Shown: positions 12,707-27,500 of the stretch, piece after piece
How the letters are laid out: each line of letters opens with the position of its first letter
How positions within the stretch are numbered: the stretch's first letter is position 1
Assembly: GCF_009914755.1 (NCBI RefSeq)
Contig: NC_060925.1
Origin: the human T2T-CHM13v2.0 reference genome, Homo sapiens
DNA length: 64,000 nt
Reading direction: 5' to 3' (one strand)
Notes under the pieces: generated by a model
Told to the model about the DNA's origin: nothing
Seen by the model: the letters and a program-made list of their open reading frames with translations, nothing else
Database searches by the model: none
Position numbers and translations under genes: made by a program

Positions 12707-13235
12707 AGTCCTACAGTCACCTTAAGTTCCACCAACAGTGCGCTTAAGGTAAAATGTGCCCAACCTGAGGCTCAAACCTACCTGCTGGCACGCAATTTGT
12801 GTTTGTGAGACAATCTCAACAGCATTTGCTTTTTCTAGCATAGTGGTTTTCCTGTTTTCCTCACATGTGAATGTCTTCAGTGCAAAACCTGTCAGAATTC
12901 ATTTCCTTTGCTAAAATGTTTTAAAATAACTCTTACTTCAAGTAAGTGCATTAAAAATAAACTTCTCAGTTGCATCCCTGGAATCCATGGAAAGTCCAGG
13001 AGAGACAATCAAGTGCTACAGGATCAAGCCCAAACAGAACAGGACTAGGCATGGCTTCCTCACTAGGAGCCAGGCCAAAGTCATCTCCTTTGGTCTCCAA
13101 TGGAGGCCAGAACTCGGTTCACCTGCAACGGGAGGACCTGGCCCAGAAGAGGTGGCCTTCATCTTCATGGTGCCTTCAGATAGGAAATCTAGGATTTCTT
13201 TTCTTCTCTTTGATCTACTTCCAACTCTCCCTTTC

Positions 13236-13238
13236 TAT

Positions 13239-13273
<35 letters not shown>

Positions 13274-13556
13274 TTTGAGACAGAGTCTTGCTGTGTTGCC
13301 CAGGCTAGAGTGCAGCGGGGCAGTCTCAGCTCACTGCAACCTCCGCCTCCTGGGTTCTAGAGATTCTCCCGCCTCAGCCTCCTGAGTAGCTGGGATTACA
13401 GGCGCCCGTCACCGCGCCCGGCTACTTGTTGTATTTTTAGTAGAGACAGGGCTTCACCATCTTGGCCAGGCTGGTCTCGAACTCGTGACCTCGTGATCCA
13501 CCCACCTCGGCCTCCCAAAGTGCTGGGATTACAGGCGTGAGCCACCGCATCTGGCC
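13236..13556 (-). mobile_element. Alu (AluS) with (TTTA)n tail
   Basis: Full reverse dimer; TSD ctccctttctattt. Confidence 0.9.
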
Positions 13557-14029
13557 CTCCCTTTCTATTTCTTCAAGACCTTTTTCGGATCCCTCCTGCG
13601 CAGGACCTAAACGGGCGGTGCGCTTACCCACTGGTCCCTCCCTGCCTGCTGTCTTCGGAGCCCTAGCTCACCCGGAACATTACTGCCCGCCGGTGACAGC
13701 GAGAGGACCAAAGAGGGCAGCGGGTGAGGTGGGAACCACAGAGTCACCGCGCACCTGCGCCTCGCGGGCTCCTCGCAAATTGAATAAACGCCCCCTGAAG
13801 CTTCTCTTCAAGTCACAGGGAAGGGGAAGGTGGCTGCCGACCCGGCGGGAGAAGCCGGCCCTGCCCCTGGTCCTTGAAGACAGGTTTGGCCAGGCTGATT
13901 TTGACTGGTAGGCCCAAAGAAAAGCCTCAAGGGCAGACCAAACTCCGACAGGCTCCGAGATTAAGGCTTTCAAACGTCTGATCGTTTTCAGCTTGGTCAG
14001 TAAAATCGATCCCGCCTTTATCAGGAGAT

Positions 14030-14774
<745 letters not shown>

Positions 14775-14949
14775 GACCAAGAAAGAGTGTGCATATCAAA
14801 GTCTGCGGTTAACCAAAGAGAAAACATATTTTTCCGACCAATAGGATGTATGCGGGTCAAAGAACGACCAGCCTACAGTACTGTTTATTGGCCTGAGCAT
14901 ACGGAAGGATGAAGTTGCACCAGCGAAATGGGATTAAGCTGCAGGTGCG

Positions 14950-15147
14950 GGCTGGGCGCGGTAGCTCACACCTGTAATCCCAGCACTCTGGGAGGCTGAG
15001 GTGGGTGGATCACTTGAGATCAGGAGTTTGAGACCAGCCTGACCAACATGGTGAAACCTCGTCTCTAATAAAAATACAAAAATTAGCCGGGCGTCATGGC
15101 GGGCACCTGTAGTCCCAGGTACTAAGGAGGCTGAGGCAGGAGAATCA
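14950..15147 (+). mobile_element. Alu (AluS), cut off in the right arm
   Basis: Ends at ggaggctgaggcaggagaatca; no tail or TSD. Confidence 0.88.
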
Positions 15148-16640
15148 TTTATTAGTAAGGTCATTTATTAGTAAGGAAGAGAAGCAAGCACCAAGATTTA
15201 AGGCAGGAAGGGATAGGCTAACTCTACTGCTTTGTGCAAATGTAGTCGGGTTTATGATCAGGGCTGCCCTTAACTATAAAGCTGCTAACCCCTGAGTCTT
15301 GAAAGGGAAAAGAGAAACACTAGTTGCCAGTCTTTTGGTTGTACAACAAGAAGGCCTGGACTATGAGAATGCTTTTTCTGGATTAGTTCCATCAATGCTT
15401 TGTCCCTGAAGTCAGAAGTACCTTGCCAGTAAGGGACTGCTTTTTAAAGTTTTTTGTTGTTGTTGTTTAATTGGAAAATGCCCCCTGGCCACCCAGAACC
15501 CCATGAGTTCAACACCAAAGGCACTGAAGTGTTCTCCTTTTCCCCCAAACACATCTCTACTTCAGCCTCTAGATAAGGGAGTCATAAGGACCTTTAAGGC
15601 TCTACATATGGCACTCTATGGAAAGGTTTGTCAACATTGCAAAAGAGAAACCCAATAGAGAGAACATCATGGAAGTCTGGAAGGCTTATACCTTTCAAGA
15701 TGTCATCAGTTGATACAGAAAACCATGAAACTCAAAACAATAAATTCGTGCTGGACAAAAGTACAATTTGTGTCCAGATGTTGTGCATAGCTACAGAATT
15801 ACGACAAACCCAATTTAGAGAAAACCATGGAAAGAAGTATGGATATGAAGGGAAAAAAAGGTGTGGAGTGAAGGGTTGCAAGATATGGATCTTGGAGGAA
15901 TTTAAGAGCTAATACACACCACACCAGAGGAATTAACAAAAGATGACTTCATGGAGATGAGTGCTTCCTAACCAGTGCCAGATAATGAGGAAGAAGACAT
16001 AGGAAAAGCAGTGCCAGAAAACAAATTGGCATTCAACAATCTGGCAAAAGAGCTTTGATTATTCAAGACTACTTTTGACTTCTTTTATGACATAGACCGT
16101 TCCATGATACAGGAACTGAAACTAAAGCAAATGGTGGAAGACGGATAGGTACTACACTGAAATGTTTTTAGAGAAATGAAAAAGCAAAATAGACAGAAAT
16201 AATGATGTATTTTTGTAAAGTTTCACCAAGTGTGCTTGCCTCTTTTGCTTCCCCTTCCATCCCTTCACCCTCTTCCACCTCTGCTACCCTAAGACACAAA
16301 GACCAGCTCCTCCTCCTCCTCCTCTGCCTACTCAACACGAAGACAACAATGATGAAGACCTTTAGGGTGATCCACTTCCACTTAATGAATGGGTCATATA
16401 TTTTCTCTTCCTTACAATTTTCTTGATTATAATTTCTTTTCTGTAGCTTAGTTTATTGTAAGAATACAGTATATAATACACATAGCATGCAAAATATGTC
16501 TTAAATGTAACTCATGTTATCAGTAAGCCTTCTGGTCAACAATAGGTTATTAGTAGTTTGGGGGGAATCAAAAGTTGTATGCGGATTTTTCACTGTGTGG
16601 GAGGCCAGCTCCCCTAACCCTATGTTGTTCAAGGGTCAAC
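15145..16640 (+). mobile_element. Tigger2 (TcMar-Tigger) DNA transposon, one end missing, decayed transposase
   Basis: tttattagtaaggaagagaagcaagcaccaagatttaaggcaggaagggataggctaactc; terminal ttgttcaagggtcaac. Confidence 0.8.
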
Positions 16641-16964
16641 AATATTCTTTCTCACTGGCACTTTACTTTCCATAAATTCAAATCCCAAAAGTAGAACTGC
16701 AAGTTCAAAAGGATTTTTAAAAACATAATTACTGTCAGATTACAGAAAGTTTCCAATTTCCATTTTCACTACCAATGTACAATGTTGGCGTCCCTGAATC
16801 CTTATCAGCAATGAATTTTTAAATATACTATAAGAGATGAAAAAATTTTTTTTAAATTTGGAATTCCCTGATCACTAATGAAGTTAAGCATCAATATTAT
16901 TCCTTTAATATGCAAATGCTGAAAATACATTTAACTATAATAGATGTCAAAAATCTGTAAATCA

Positions 16965-17118
16965 GGCTAGGTGTGGTAGGCACTCACCTGTATTCCCAGC
17001 CACTGGGAGACTTGAGTCCAGGAGTTCCAGACTGTAGTATGCAATGATCAAGCCTGTGAATAGCCACTGCACTCCAGCATGGACAACACAGCAAGACCCC
17101 ATCTTTTTTTAAAAAAAA
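16965..17118 (+). mobile_element. Old Alu monomer (FAM/FRAM-like)
   Basis: gcctgtgaatagccactgcactccagc motif and A-rich end. Confidence 0.75.
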
Positions 17119-17185
17119 GAGTCTATAAGACAAAGGTCCTCATAAATTAAGAGAAGCCAAGACAGTCACTGTGACTGCAGAATAT

Positions 17186-18930
<1,745 letters not shown>

Positions 18931-20015
18931 ATTTCAAATATTATTGTAAAACAATGAGATATTGAAACATACATTGGAGCAAACTCTTCTTCATTCTTAA
19001 ATCCTTTCAGCACAGAGACAATCAACTGACTGTGTGGGTACTACCTGACCACTATTGGAGTCTCTTTCATCTGCCTGAGTCTGTGCAACAATATGAAATT
19101 ATAATTTTACTATGCACCTAAACTTTCCTCAATATATTGAATTCTTACAGAATTTGAAGAGTCAAATTTTGTAAATCCAGTTACCTTTTTCCACTACTCT
19201 AGGCCTCATATACTATCTGGCCTAAGGGTTAAAGGTCCACAATTGAATAAGCCAAACTTGTTAATTTGAGGGTAAAGCATGTCAAGAAATCTGGCCTTAA
19301 TGTCCAATGAACTTATGTCATATTAAGTAGCTGGATAGAAACATGCATTCCAAAGTGGATACTGTTTATCAGGCTCAGTGCTCTATTCTTGACAGTAAAT
19401 CCCAGAATAGGGTGGATGCTTTAATTTTGTATTAAATAGTATTAGGTGTAATATCAAAACCACTAAGGGAACACTAATGATGAGAATAAGAACACTAGCT
19501 GTGGAGCTGGCAATTTTCTATAGAAATCCTATCTCTTTCAATTGCCTGTTTAGTGGGCAAGTGTTTCAGTTCCTATAATATCTAAATTGGAGAAAATCAC
19601 CCCACCTACTTCTTCAGGTGTTATGATAATTATGAGGGATAACATCTTTTTAAGTGTTTAACACAATTCCTCACACATAGAAAGCAATAATAAACATTGG
19701 CTAGCATTGTAAGGATGGATTATTGTCTTCCAATGTGTTTTCTTACATTTTCTTTCTGGGATCTTGAGTGAAACATGTGGATCTAGAACAAGAACAAAAT
19801 GATGTTACCTTGATGATCTCTATGTAGGGTCACACTCAAGGCATCTTAAAATATTTTGCTGGCCAACAAAAGACACCTCCTGTTCTAATTGGGCATTGTC
19901 CTTTTCTTTAAACTATGCAGACAAACAATATTATAAAGTGAGAACATCCGCATAAAAAACCTAAACATAAATCTTAATAGTGAGTTCATGAAAATTCTTA
20001 CTGATGAAATGGCAA

Positions 20016-20372
20016 TGTCACAGACTGACTGTTTATGTCCCCCCAAATTTGTATATTGAAATCCTAACCCCCAAGCTACTCGTGTTAGGAGATAGAGCCT
20101 TGGGGAGGTGATTAGGTCATGAGGACAAGATTCTCATCAATGGAATTTGTGCCCTTATAAAAGAGATCCCAGAGAGCTCATTGGCCCCTTCCAAAGTATG
20201 GGGATACAGCAGGAAGTTGCCATCTATGAGCCAGAAGGGTGAACCTCACCCCAGATGCTGAATCTGCCTTGATATTGGACTTCCCAGCCTGCACAACTGT
20301 AAGAAATTTCTGTTGTTTATAAGTTACTCAGCTTGTGGTATTTTGTTACAGCAGCCTACACAGACTAAGACA
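20016..20372 (+). mobile_element. MaLR LTR (MLT1A/MST-like)
   Basis: tgtttatgtcccccaaatt...ttggacttcccagcc...gactaagaca. Confidence 0.8.
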
Positions 20373-22312
20373 AGTAGCATTTTGAGGATTAAAATTTCTT
20401 CATAAATGAATAGAGTATGCCCTGTTAAACCATATTCTCAGCTAACCCCGTTTACTCACTGTTCCTCTTTATTTTAGTTTCACATTTTTGCTATTTATCT
20501 CTGTAATTTTATTCATTCTTCACAATTTGCCATTCTTATACTTCGAATCATGTTATCAGTTTATAATACCTCCATCAAATGATAGTCTGCATTTGTTTAT
20601 CCTTGGCTGATTCAAAACACTTGGCATAATTTCCTTAAAGGAAATCATCTTCATCCCACCTCACAACACTGTATTATTTTCAATTAATTTCCAATAAACT
20701 CTTAATTGTCCATGCTCTGTCAGAGTTGGCAGAGTTAATCCCTGTTTAAGCTAATAGGTTCAACTTCTTCAACAAACAAATCTTTCATGAAAGCTGCTGA
20801 CAAGCCAGAGTATTAATTAAATCTAGTTTCATTGCTTCTCACTTTCCTTGATCTTTCTCTCTTGTTCTTTGGGAAACAGTCACAGAGTTCTGGCACTAAT
20901 AAATACTATAAAAAGTAGGAAATACAGTCTAAAGAAGCAGAATATTCTGTTTAAAGTTGATGTGGTGCTTTTTGTGCACCAAGCATTGGCTCAAAAGCCT
21001 GAAAATTAGGCAGCAATACTTCCTAAGCTCATCTTCAACCATAAGGCAGAAAAGCCAAACATATCTGAAAATATAATATCACTGGTACCTTATACCAGCA
21101 CTAAGAATAAGAAAACCCTGGAAAGTGGCTTGAGTACAGTATTTTTCTATTGGAATTAATTTTTCAAAATGGAAAGGACTTCATTGTTATTTTTATTATA
21201 AAATTAGTATATGTTTATTATTAAAAATAAGTACAAAAATCTCTAAAAGAAAAAGGGAAAAATTACCAGCAGTTCCACATTCCAGATATCATCACTGTTA
21301 GCATTTAGGATACAAATATCCAAACACTTCTTCTATCAATACATTTAATTTTTAAATTTGACCATTACGCAATGTACACATGCACTAAAGCACCACACTG
21401 TACCCCATAAACATGTGCAATTATTATGTCAATTAAAAACAAAATAAAAGCATTTTACAAAAAATCATGTTATTTTTAATAACTTGTTTTTCTAATTTTA
21501 TACACCATAAAATAAATGTCTTTACATGACATTTATTTTATGATAATAACTAATTTATTCATTTAAACAGCAAGGTACATTTCGTTCTACAGATATACTA
21601 TATAATATTTACTCCGATCTCTGGATGAGAATTTATGTTGCCTGTAAATATTGTATCACAAACATTATAAGAATAATCTCCGTAAAGGTTTTCTTCCTGA
21701 ATTATTATTTGGGTAGAAAAATTACTAGAAATAGAATAACTGGGTCAAAGATTAAAGACAATTTAAATTTCAATATATAGAATCAAATTATTCTCCAAAA
21801 TATTGTACTCTACAGTATTTGAATTTTGATTTTTTTCTCCATTTTCACTACTGCCAATAACTTTAATCTTTGTCAATAAATGAGACAAAAAAGACAAATA
21901 ATGCAATATTATACAAGGGAGATTAATAGGTAGAAAAAGAAATGCAATGGCCAAGAGTAACAGAAGATGTTCAACATCAATCCAATCAAATTAATGAGTC
22001 TTTAAAATGCAATAGCAGTCAATGTTAGCAAGAGTGTAGGTATTAGACATTTTCATAGGAATATAAACTAGGGCCATGTTTTAGGATCATATTAGATCGC
22101 AGCAATTAAAAAATGTTAAATTCATATGTTCTATAGCAACTTCTCAGGTTGGAATTTATCACATGGAGAATCTTGTAAAATACATAAACCAAGATATGTT
22201 ATTAATGTTATTGGTAGCCTATTGTTTAAATAAAAAATATATTTATACAATACAGTTGTTAAAAGTTAAGAATATCTTGAAGGTAAATTATTAAACAAAA
22301 ATAGAAAGCCTA

Positions 22313-22444
22313 GGCCAGGCAAGACTTCATCTCATGCTTATAATCCCAACACTTTTGGAGACTGAGGCGGGAGGATTGCTTGAGCCCAGGAGTTTGAGAC
22401 CAACCTGGGCAACACAGTGAGACCTCATCTCTAGAAAAAAAAAA
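22313..22444 (+). mobile_element. FLAM Alu monomer
   Basis: Left monomer, A tail, TSD aaata(g/c)aaagccta. Confidence 0.8.
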
Positions 22445-23831
22445 TACAAAGCCTAGTTCTGAACATCCTTTTGTGTAATACTAAAAGATAAAATTTTATT
22501 TTCTAACTTGTTTAAGATCTATATTCTATACGGGGGATGTGTATTAAGGTCATTTTTAAAAAGATACTCAAGAAATTGTCAACAGTGATTATCTTAAGGA
22601 GAGATTCCAGATGTCTGGGGGTAAGAGACTAGAGGAAAGAGAATTTTATATTTCATTTTTACCTTTATTTAATTTTTTGATTTTCTTACTGGGTGCATGA
22701 ATTATATTTTTATGTCAGCATGTTTTATCAGATAAATAAAATTATGAGCTATTTCTGTTTTCTCTCATTTGTTTTATGTTTAAGTAAAGGAAAATGAGAT
22801 ATGTCTTTTTAAATTAGATAATCTTGAGTCCATGATTATTATGAAAGCCCTCTGTTATCTTTTTCCTTCCTTTCACAATGACTATTTATGTTGTAGAATC
22901 ATTAATTTCTCAAGACAAATGTCTTAGAAGGTAGATACAAAAAAATGGTATACATTTTTTGATTCAAGCTAATTTCATGTTATGAACAAAATTATGTAAT
23001 GTCATTTCTAAGACCTTTCTGTGATCTATCAATCCACTAGGTTAAAGAGCAGAAATCACTTCCAAAACAAATCCTTTTGCAGTCAGCAAAATGAAGCAAT
23101 TATATGAATAAGTTTTTCCACTTGGCCTATTTTTCTACCCATGGTTATTAATCAGTCTCACTGACTACATTTTCCGTTTTACATCCCCTTTCAGGCACTA
23201 CTGCAGATGGCCAAGCATATCACATTTTGTAAATAAAATAAAACAAAATCTTTTCCCATTGAGCAAATGGATATACTTCACCTCTAATGCTTCCAGTCTT
23301 TCTCAGATCATTCAAAAAGCATGATATGGTTTCCATAAAAGGACATTCATCCCATTTGACTAACTGGAATTTCTTTACTCCAGCTAATCTTTACCAAAGA
23401 GCTGAATTAATTCAAGTTGACACCCTGTTATCTACCAGCTCTTCCAGCCCTTTTGCTTGATTGTTTTGTCATTTTGCCTTTTCTTTTCTTCTAAAGTGGG
23501 AGTATGGAGATTTACCCTTCTGAAACAGCTGTGTCACATCATGATCCTTGAGGATACCAGCTCTTAACTGGCTGCACATCAAAATCACTGTTTCCTTTGA
23601 CCAATACTCTAGACACACTCAAGCAGAGATTCTGGATTCTGATTTAATTGACACAGAGTAGGGCCTGGGCATTTTTACAGCTCCCCACATGATTCTATTG
23701 TGCCTCATCTATCCTAGCCCTTAAGCAGGACCAAACATTTGTTCTATCTTAATTATTATTCTCTTAAACTTAGTCCAATTCCTTACAACTGATAGCTTTC
23801 TATATACTCATCTGCCTTGAGTGATGACAAT

Positions 23832-24194
23832 TGATATGGTTTGGCTGTGTCCACACCCAATCTCATCTTGTAGCTCCCATAATTCCCACATGTTGTGGGA
23901 GGGGCCCAGTGGGAGATAACTGAATCATGAGGATGGGTCTTTCCTGTGCTGTTCTTGTGTTAGTGAGTAAGTCTCATGAGATCTGATCATTTTTAAAATG
24001 GGAGTTTCCCTGCACAAGCTGTCTCTTTGCCTGCTGCCATCCATGTAAGATGTGACTTGCTCCTCTTTGTCCTCCACCATGATTGTGAGGCCTCCCCACC
24101 CATGTGGAACTGTAAGTCCATTAAACCTCTTTCTTTTGTAAATTGCCCGGTCTCAGGTATGTCTTTATCAGCAGCATGAAAACAGATGAATACA
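23832..24194 (+). mobile_element. THE1 solo LTR (THE1B-like)
   Basis: tgatatggtttggctgtgtc ... aacagatgaataca; 5-bp TSD acaat. Confidence 0.9.
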
Positions 24195-24431
24195 ACAATA
24201 CTGTAACAAATCTACTCACATCTGTTCTCTTTATAGGAATTGCAGTGCTACAATATTAGTGGCTCTTAATTCTAAGAGTGTTAAAAAATATTAATGCTTG
24301 TCTCACCCCTAAAGTCTAGGGTGTGACCTGAGTATTAGGTTATTTAAAACTTTTCTCAGGTAATAGACATGTGCAGCCAAGGTTGAGAGCCACTCTATAG
24401 GGCCAAGATATGTAAGAAAATTCAAGTCCTT

Positions 24432-24861
24432 TAGCTGGGCATGGTGGCACGCAGCTGTAGCCCCAGGTACTCTGGAAGCTGAGGTGGGAGGATTGCTTGA
24501 GCCCAGGAGAGAGAGGCTGCATTAAGCTATGATCACATCACTGCACTCTAGCCTGGGTGACAAAGTGAGATCATGTCAAAAAAAAAAAAAGAAAGAAAGG
24601 AGAAAGAAAAAGAAAGGAAGAAGAGGAAGGAAGGAAGGAAGGAAGGAAGGAAGGAAGGAAGGAAGGAAGGAAGGAAAAGAAGACAGAAAGAAGAAAGAAA
24701 GAAAGGAACAAAGAAAGAAAGAAGGAAGAGAAAAAGAGAGAGAGGAAGAAAGAAAGAGAGAAAGAAAGAAAAGAAAAAGGAAGGAAGGAAAGGAAGAAAG
24801 AAAAAGAGAGAAAGAAGAAAGAAAAGGAAAGAAAGAAAGAAAGAGAGAAAGAAGGAAAAGA
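24432..24861 (+). mobile_element. Alu right monomer with tail expanded into a purine-rich microsatellite
   Basis: 17-bp TSD aagaaaattcaagtcct (24414-24430, 24862-24878) brackets monomer and tract. Confidence 0.85.
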
Positions 24862-24868
24862 AAGAAAA
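24578..24868. repeat. About 290-bp polypurine tract including (GGAA)13
   Basis: All A/G except two C; GGAA x13 at 24625-24676. Confidence 0.95.
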
Positions 24869-26399
24869 TTCAAGTCCTGCCTTGTAAAATGCAGTACTCC
24901 ATTTTCCCAAAGAGATCCCAAGGGAAACTTAACTACAGGATAAAGACAGACAAAAGGACATAAATTACAACTACTCTAGGTTCACATATTATTTTGTTTC
25001 TGAAATGGGTTTTAAAATATCTATGTCAGAGTTCATTTCTAGAACTTTATCTCTAGAAAACATATTTTCACTTCTCAATACAGGAAAATGGAGATTGGAA
25101 AAATGAGGTTGGAAAATGATTTCCATGCTTATCTCTCAGCTTCTTTTTTCAACTTCCCTTTTTTCATCTCCGTATCTTCACTGATACCTAGGAATCTCTG
25201 TTACATCACAGTCTTCAAGAGCTTTGCTCACAGCGAATTAGTTAAGACATTAGCTTTCAAAAGTATATGATATTCTCTCACAAGCATTTGTCTACTTTTA
25301 ATAGGGCAAGCTATGTAAAGATGTTAAATCTCATTCCAGAAATACCACATCTACTCTACCTATTTATGAGAACAGTCGTCTCTAGACCAAGATAGAAATT
25401 CATAGTTAGGAAATAAATCCCTGTAGGGTTTTTCCACAGTCCCAACATGTCCCCTACTGTCCCGATTTTAGCAACAAAAATCCCCCATCCAGAAAATCCT
25501 TCATTCCTGAGTAAGTTGAAAGATTGGTCACCCTATTTCTATCTGTGTCTCTTTCTTTCATAATTGGCTCATAATCATAGCAGTCACAATTTTGAAAAAT
25601 TTTATTTTACTGAATTACTCATTGCTGTTTTCTCATTTTTTAAATAATAAACACTTATTAAGAAACATTGGAAATATACCGAAAATAGTAAACAATAAAA
25701 CAGAAACCATTGGCAGAAATCGTCACTATTAAAATCTTAATATACTCCCTTCCAATGTTGTTTCTGTTAATGCAAATTGAAAAATCAGAGATTCGCCTCT
25801 GTGAACTAGATCTCTTTTTACCTTTAGATATTATTTGACAAATACATAGCTCAATCATCTATCCAAACTTCTCTTTTACAGACTCCATGCCAATTAACCT
25901 TCTCCTATGAAACTATTATTTCTTCACATAGGATAAATATGGTTATTGACACACAAACTTTCTTAGTTACACTGCAATCCAGTTGTGCGTCCCTAAATTT
26001 ATACCAATTGGATTTAGAATGATCATTACTAAAGAGGCTTGGCCTTATCTCTTGCAATTTGCTTCTTCCTTCTTAAATTCAATTCTTGTAATGTAACTAT
26101 AATTTGGGGGTATCTTTTTGCCTCATATTCAAGTTCTCTTTCAAACTGAGGTACATTTCTGTATTTCTGTATTTGTATATTGCATATAATAGTATAGAAA
26201 ACAATAATGAGATTATAGTGTACATAAAAGTTTTGAAGTATAATTAAATATTTAATATATAAATATATTAAATATGGGCTGCTGACTCACCAAGCCTGGT
26301 TTGGCTTCCATCACTTGTGTAATCAATCACCTGTATTAAATCACCTCTGCTTGAAAGACGAAGAATAGTTTCTGATTTATAAGCAAACATTGAAAGCTC

Positions 26400-27500
26400 T
26401 TCTATTTCTTGTTTGCTAAACAAGATTTGTCAAAGTTAAATATTTCATTTTATTGAATTCACTTTTTGCCTCTCCTACAATGATGATTTGCTTTTCCTCC
26501 TTTAACTTGTTAATGTGATGAATTATACATAGTTTTTTTTTCTATTGTTAGAAATCCTTGCATTCATGGAACAAACACAATTTTCATACTATATTATCTT
26601 TTTTATAGACTTCTAAACTTAATTTGCTAACTTTTAATTTAAAATGTTTGCCGTTAGGTTCATGAGGAAAGTTGGCATGTAATTTTCCTGTCTTACACAT
26701 TTCTCATATAATATTGGTATCAAGGTTGTACTGGCCTCATGAAATGAACGAACAAATGGACCTTTTTTTATTCTGGAGTTGTTTTTATAAAATGGAAATA
26801 ATCCATTTCTTGAAAACATTTGATAGAACTCACCAGTAAAAATGTCTGGGCCTGCTGGTTCTCTTCTTCTAAGAAGAATTTGGAACTTATAATTAAAGCT
26901 CCTTTAATGTGTTAGAAAACTTTCCAGGTTTCCTTGAACATTAATAAATTCCAATGACGAAAAGCCCTCAGATATTAAATATAACCTTAAATATAACCTT
27001 CCCCCAATTCAATTTTTCTTTTGCAGATATGATTAGATACTCTAATTTTTCAACCTCTATTTCACATATCCATTTTCCTTTCCTCCTCTGTACTGTCTTC
27101 AGCATAATTTGTTTAGTCTAACTTCCAACTCACTTATTTTCTTTTTGGTTCTATCCAATATTGTGTTTAACCTGTCCATTTAGTTTTTAATTTTCATTAT
27201 ATTTTTTATTTCTAAAAGATCTCTTAAATTCAGTTTCAATCTGCTTAATATAAGATACATACACTGTCTCAATTTATATTCCTGGCACACCTCATTGATT
27301 TTTTAAACATATTAAACACAGCTTTTATAGTTATATAATCATCCTAATATCTGAAATCTTTATGGGCATAATTCTGTTTCTGCTCATGATGTTTATTTCC
27401 TCATGAGTTTTGTAAGAGTCTTACTTTTTTCTCATTTTGGATGAAATTTTACCTGTGGCCATTCTTTGAGACATGGGCTGAATGTGGGTTTCTCCAAAGA
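26400..27500 (-). mobile_element. Old L1 (L1M) fragments
   Basis: attggtatcaaggttgtactggcctcatgaaatga; ORF2-like RSFHEASTTLIP on minus. Confidence 0.6.

Noticed and set aside
12757-12781. Similarity to the 3' end of tRNA-Lys(CTT) or a Lys primer-binding site
   Set aside because: Only 25 nt with five mismatches, no rest of tRNA and no adjacent LTR
24529-24963. K/E/R-rich and F/L/S-rich ORFs
   Set aside because: Translations of the purine microsatellite
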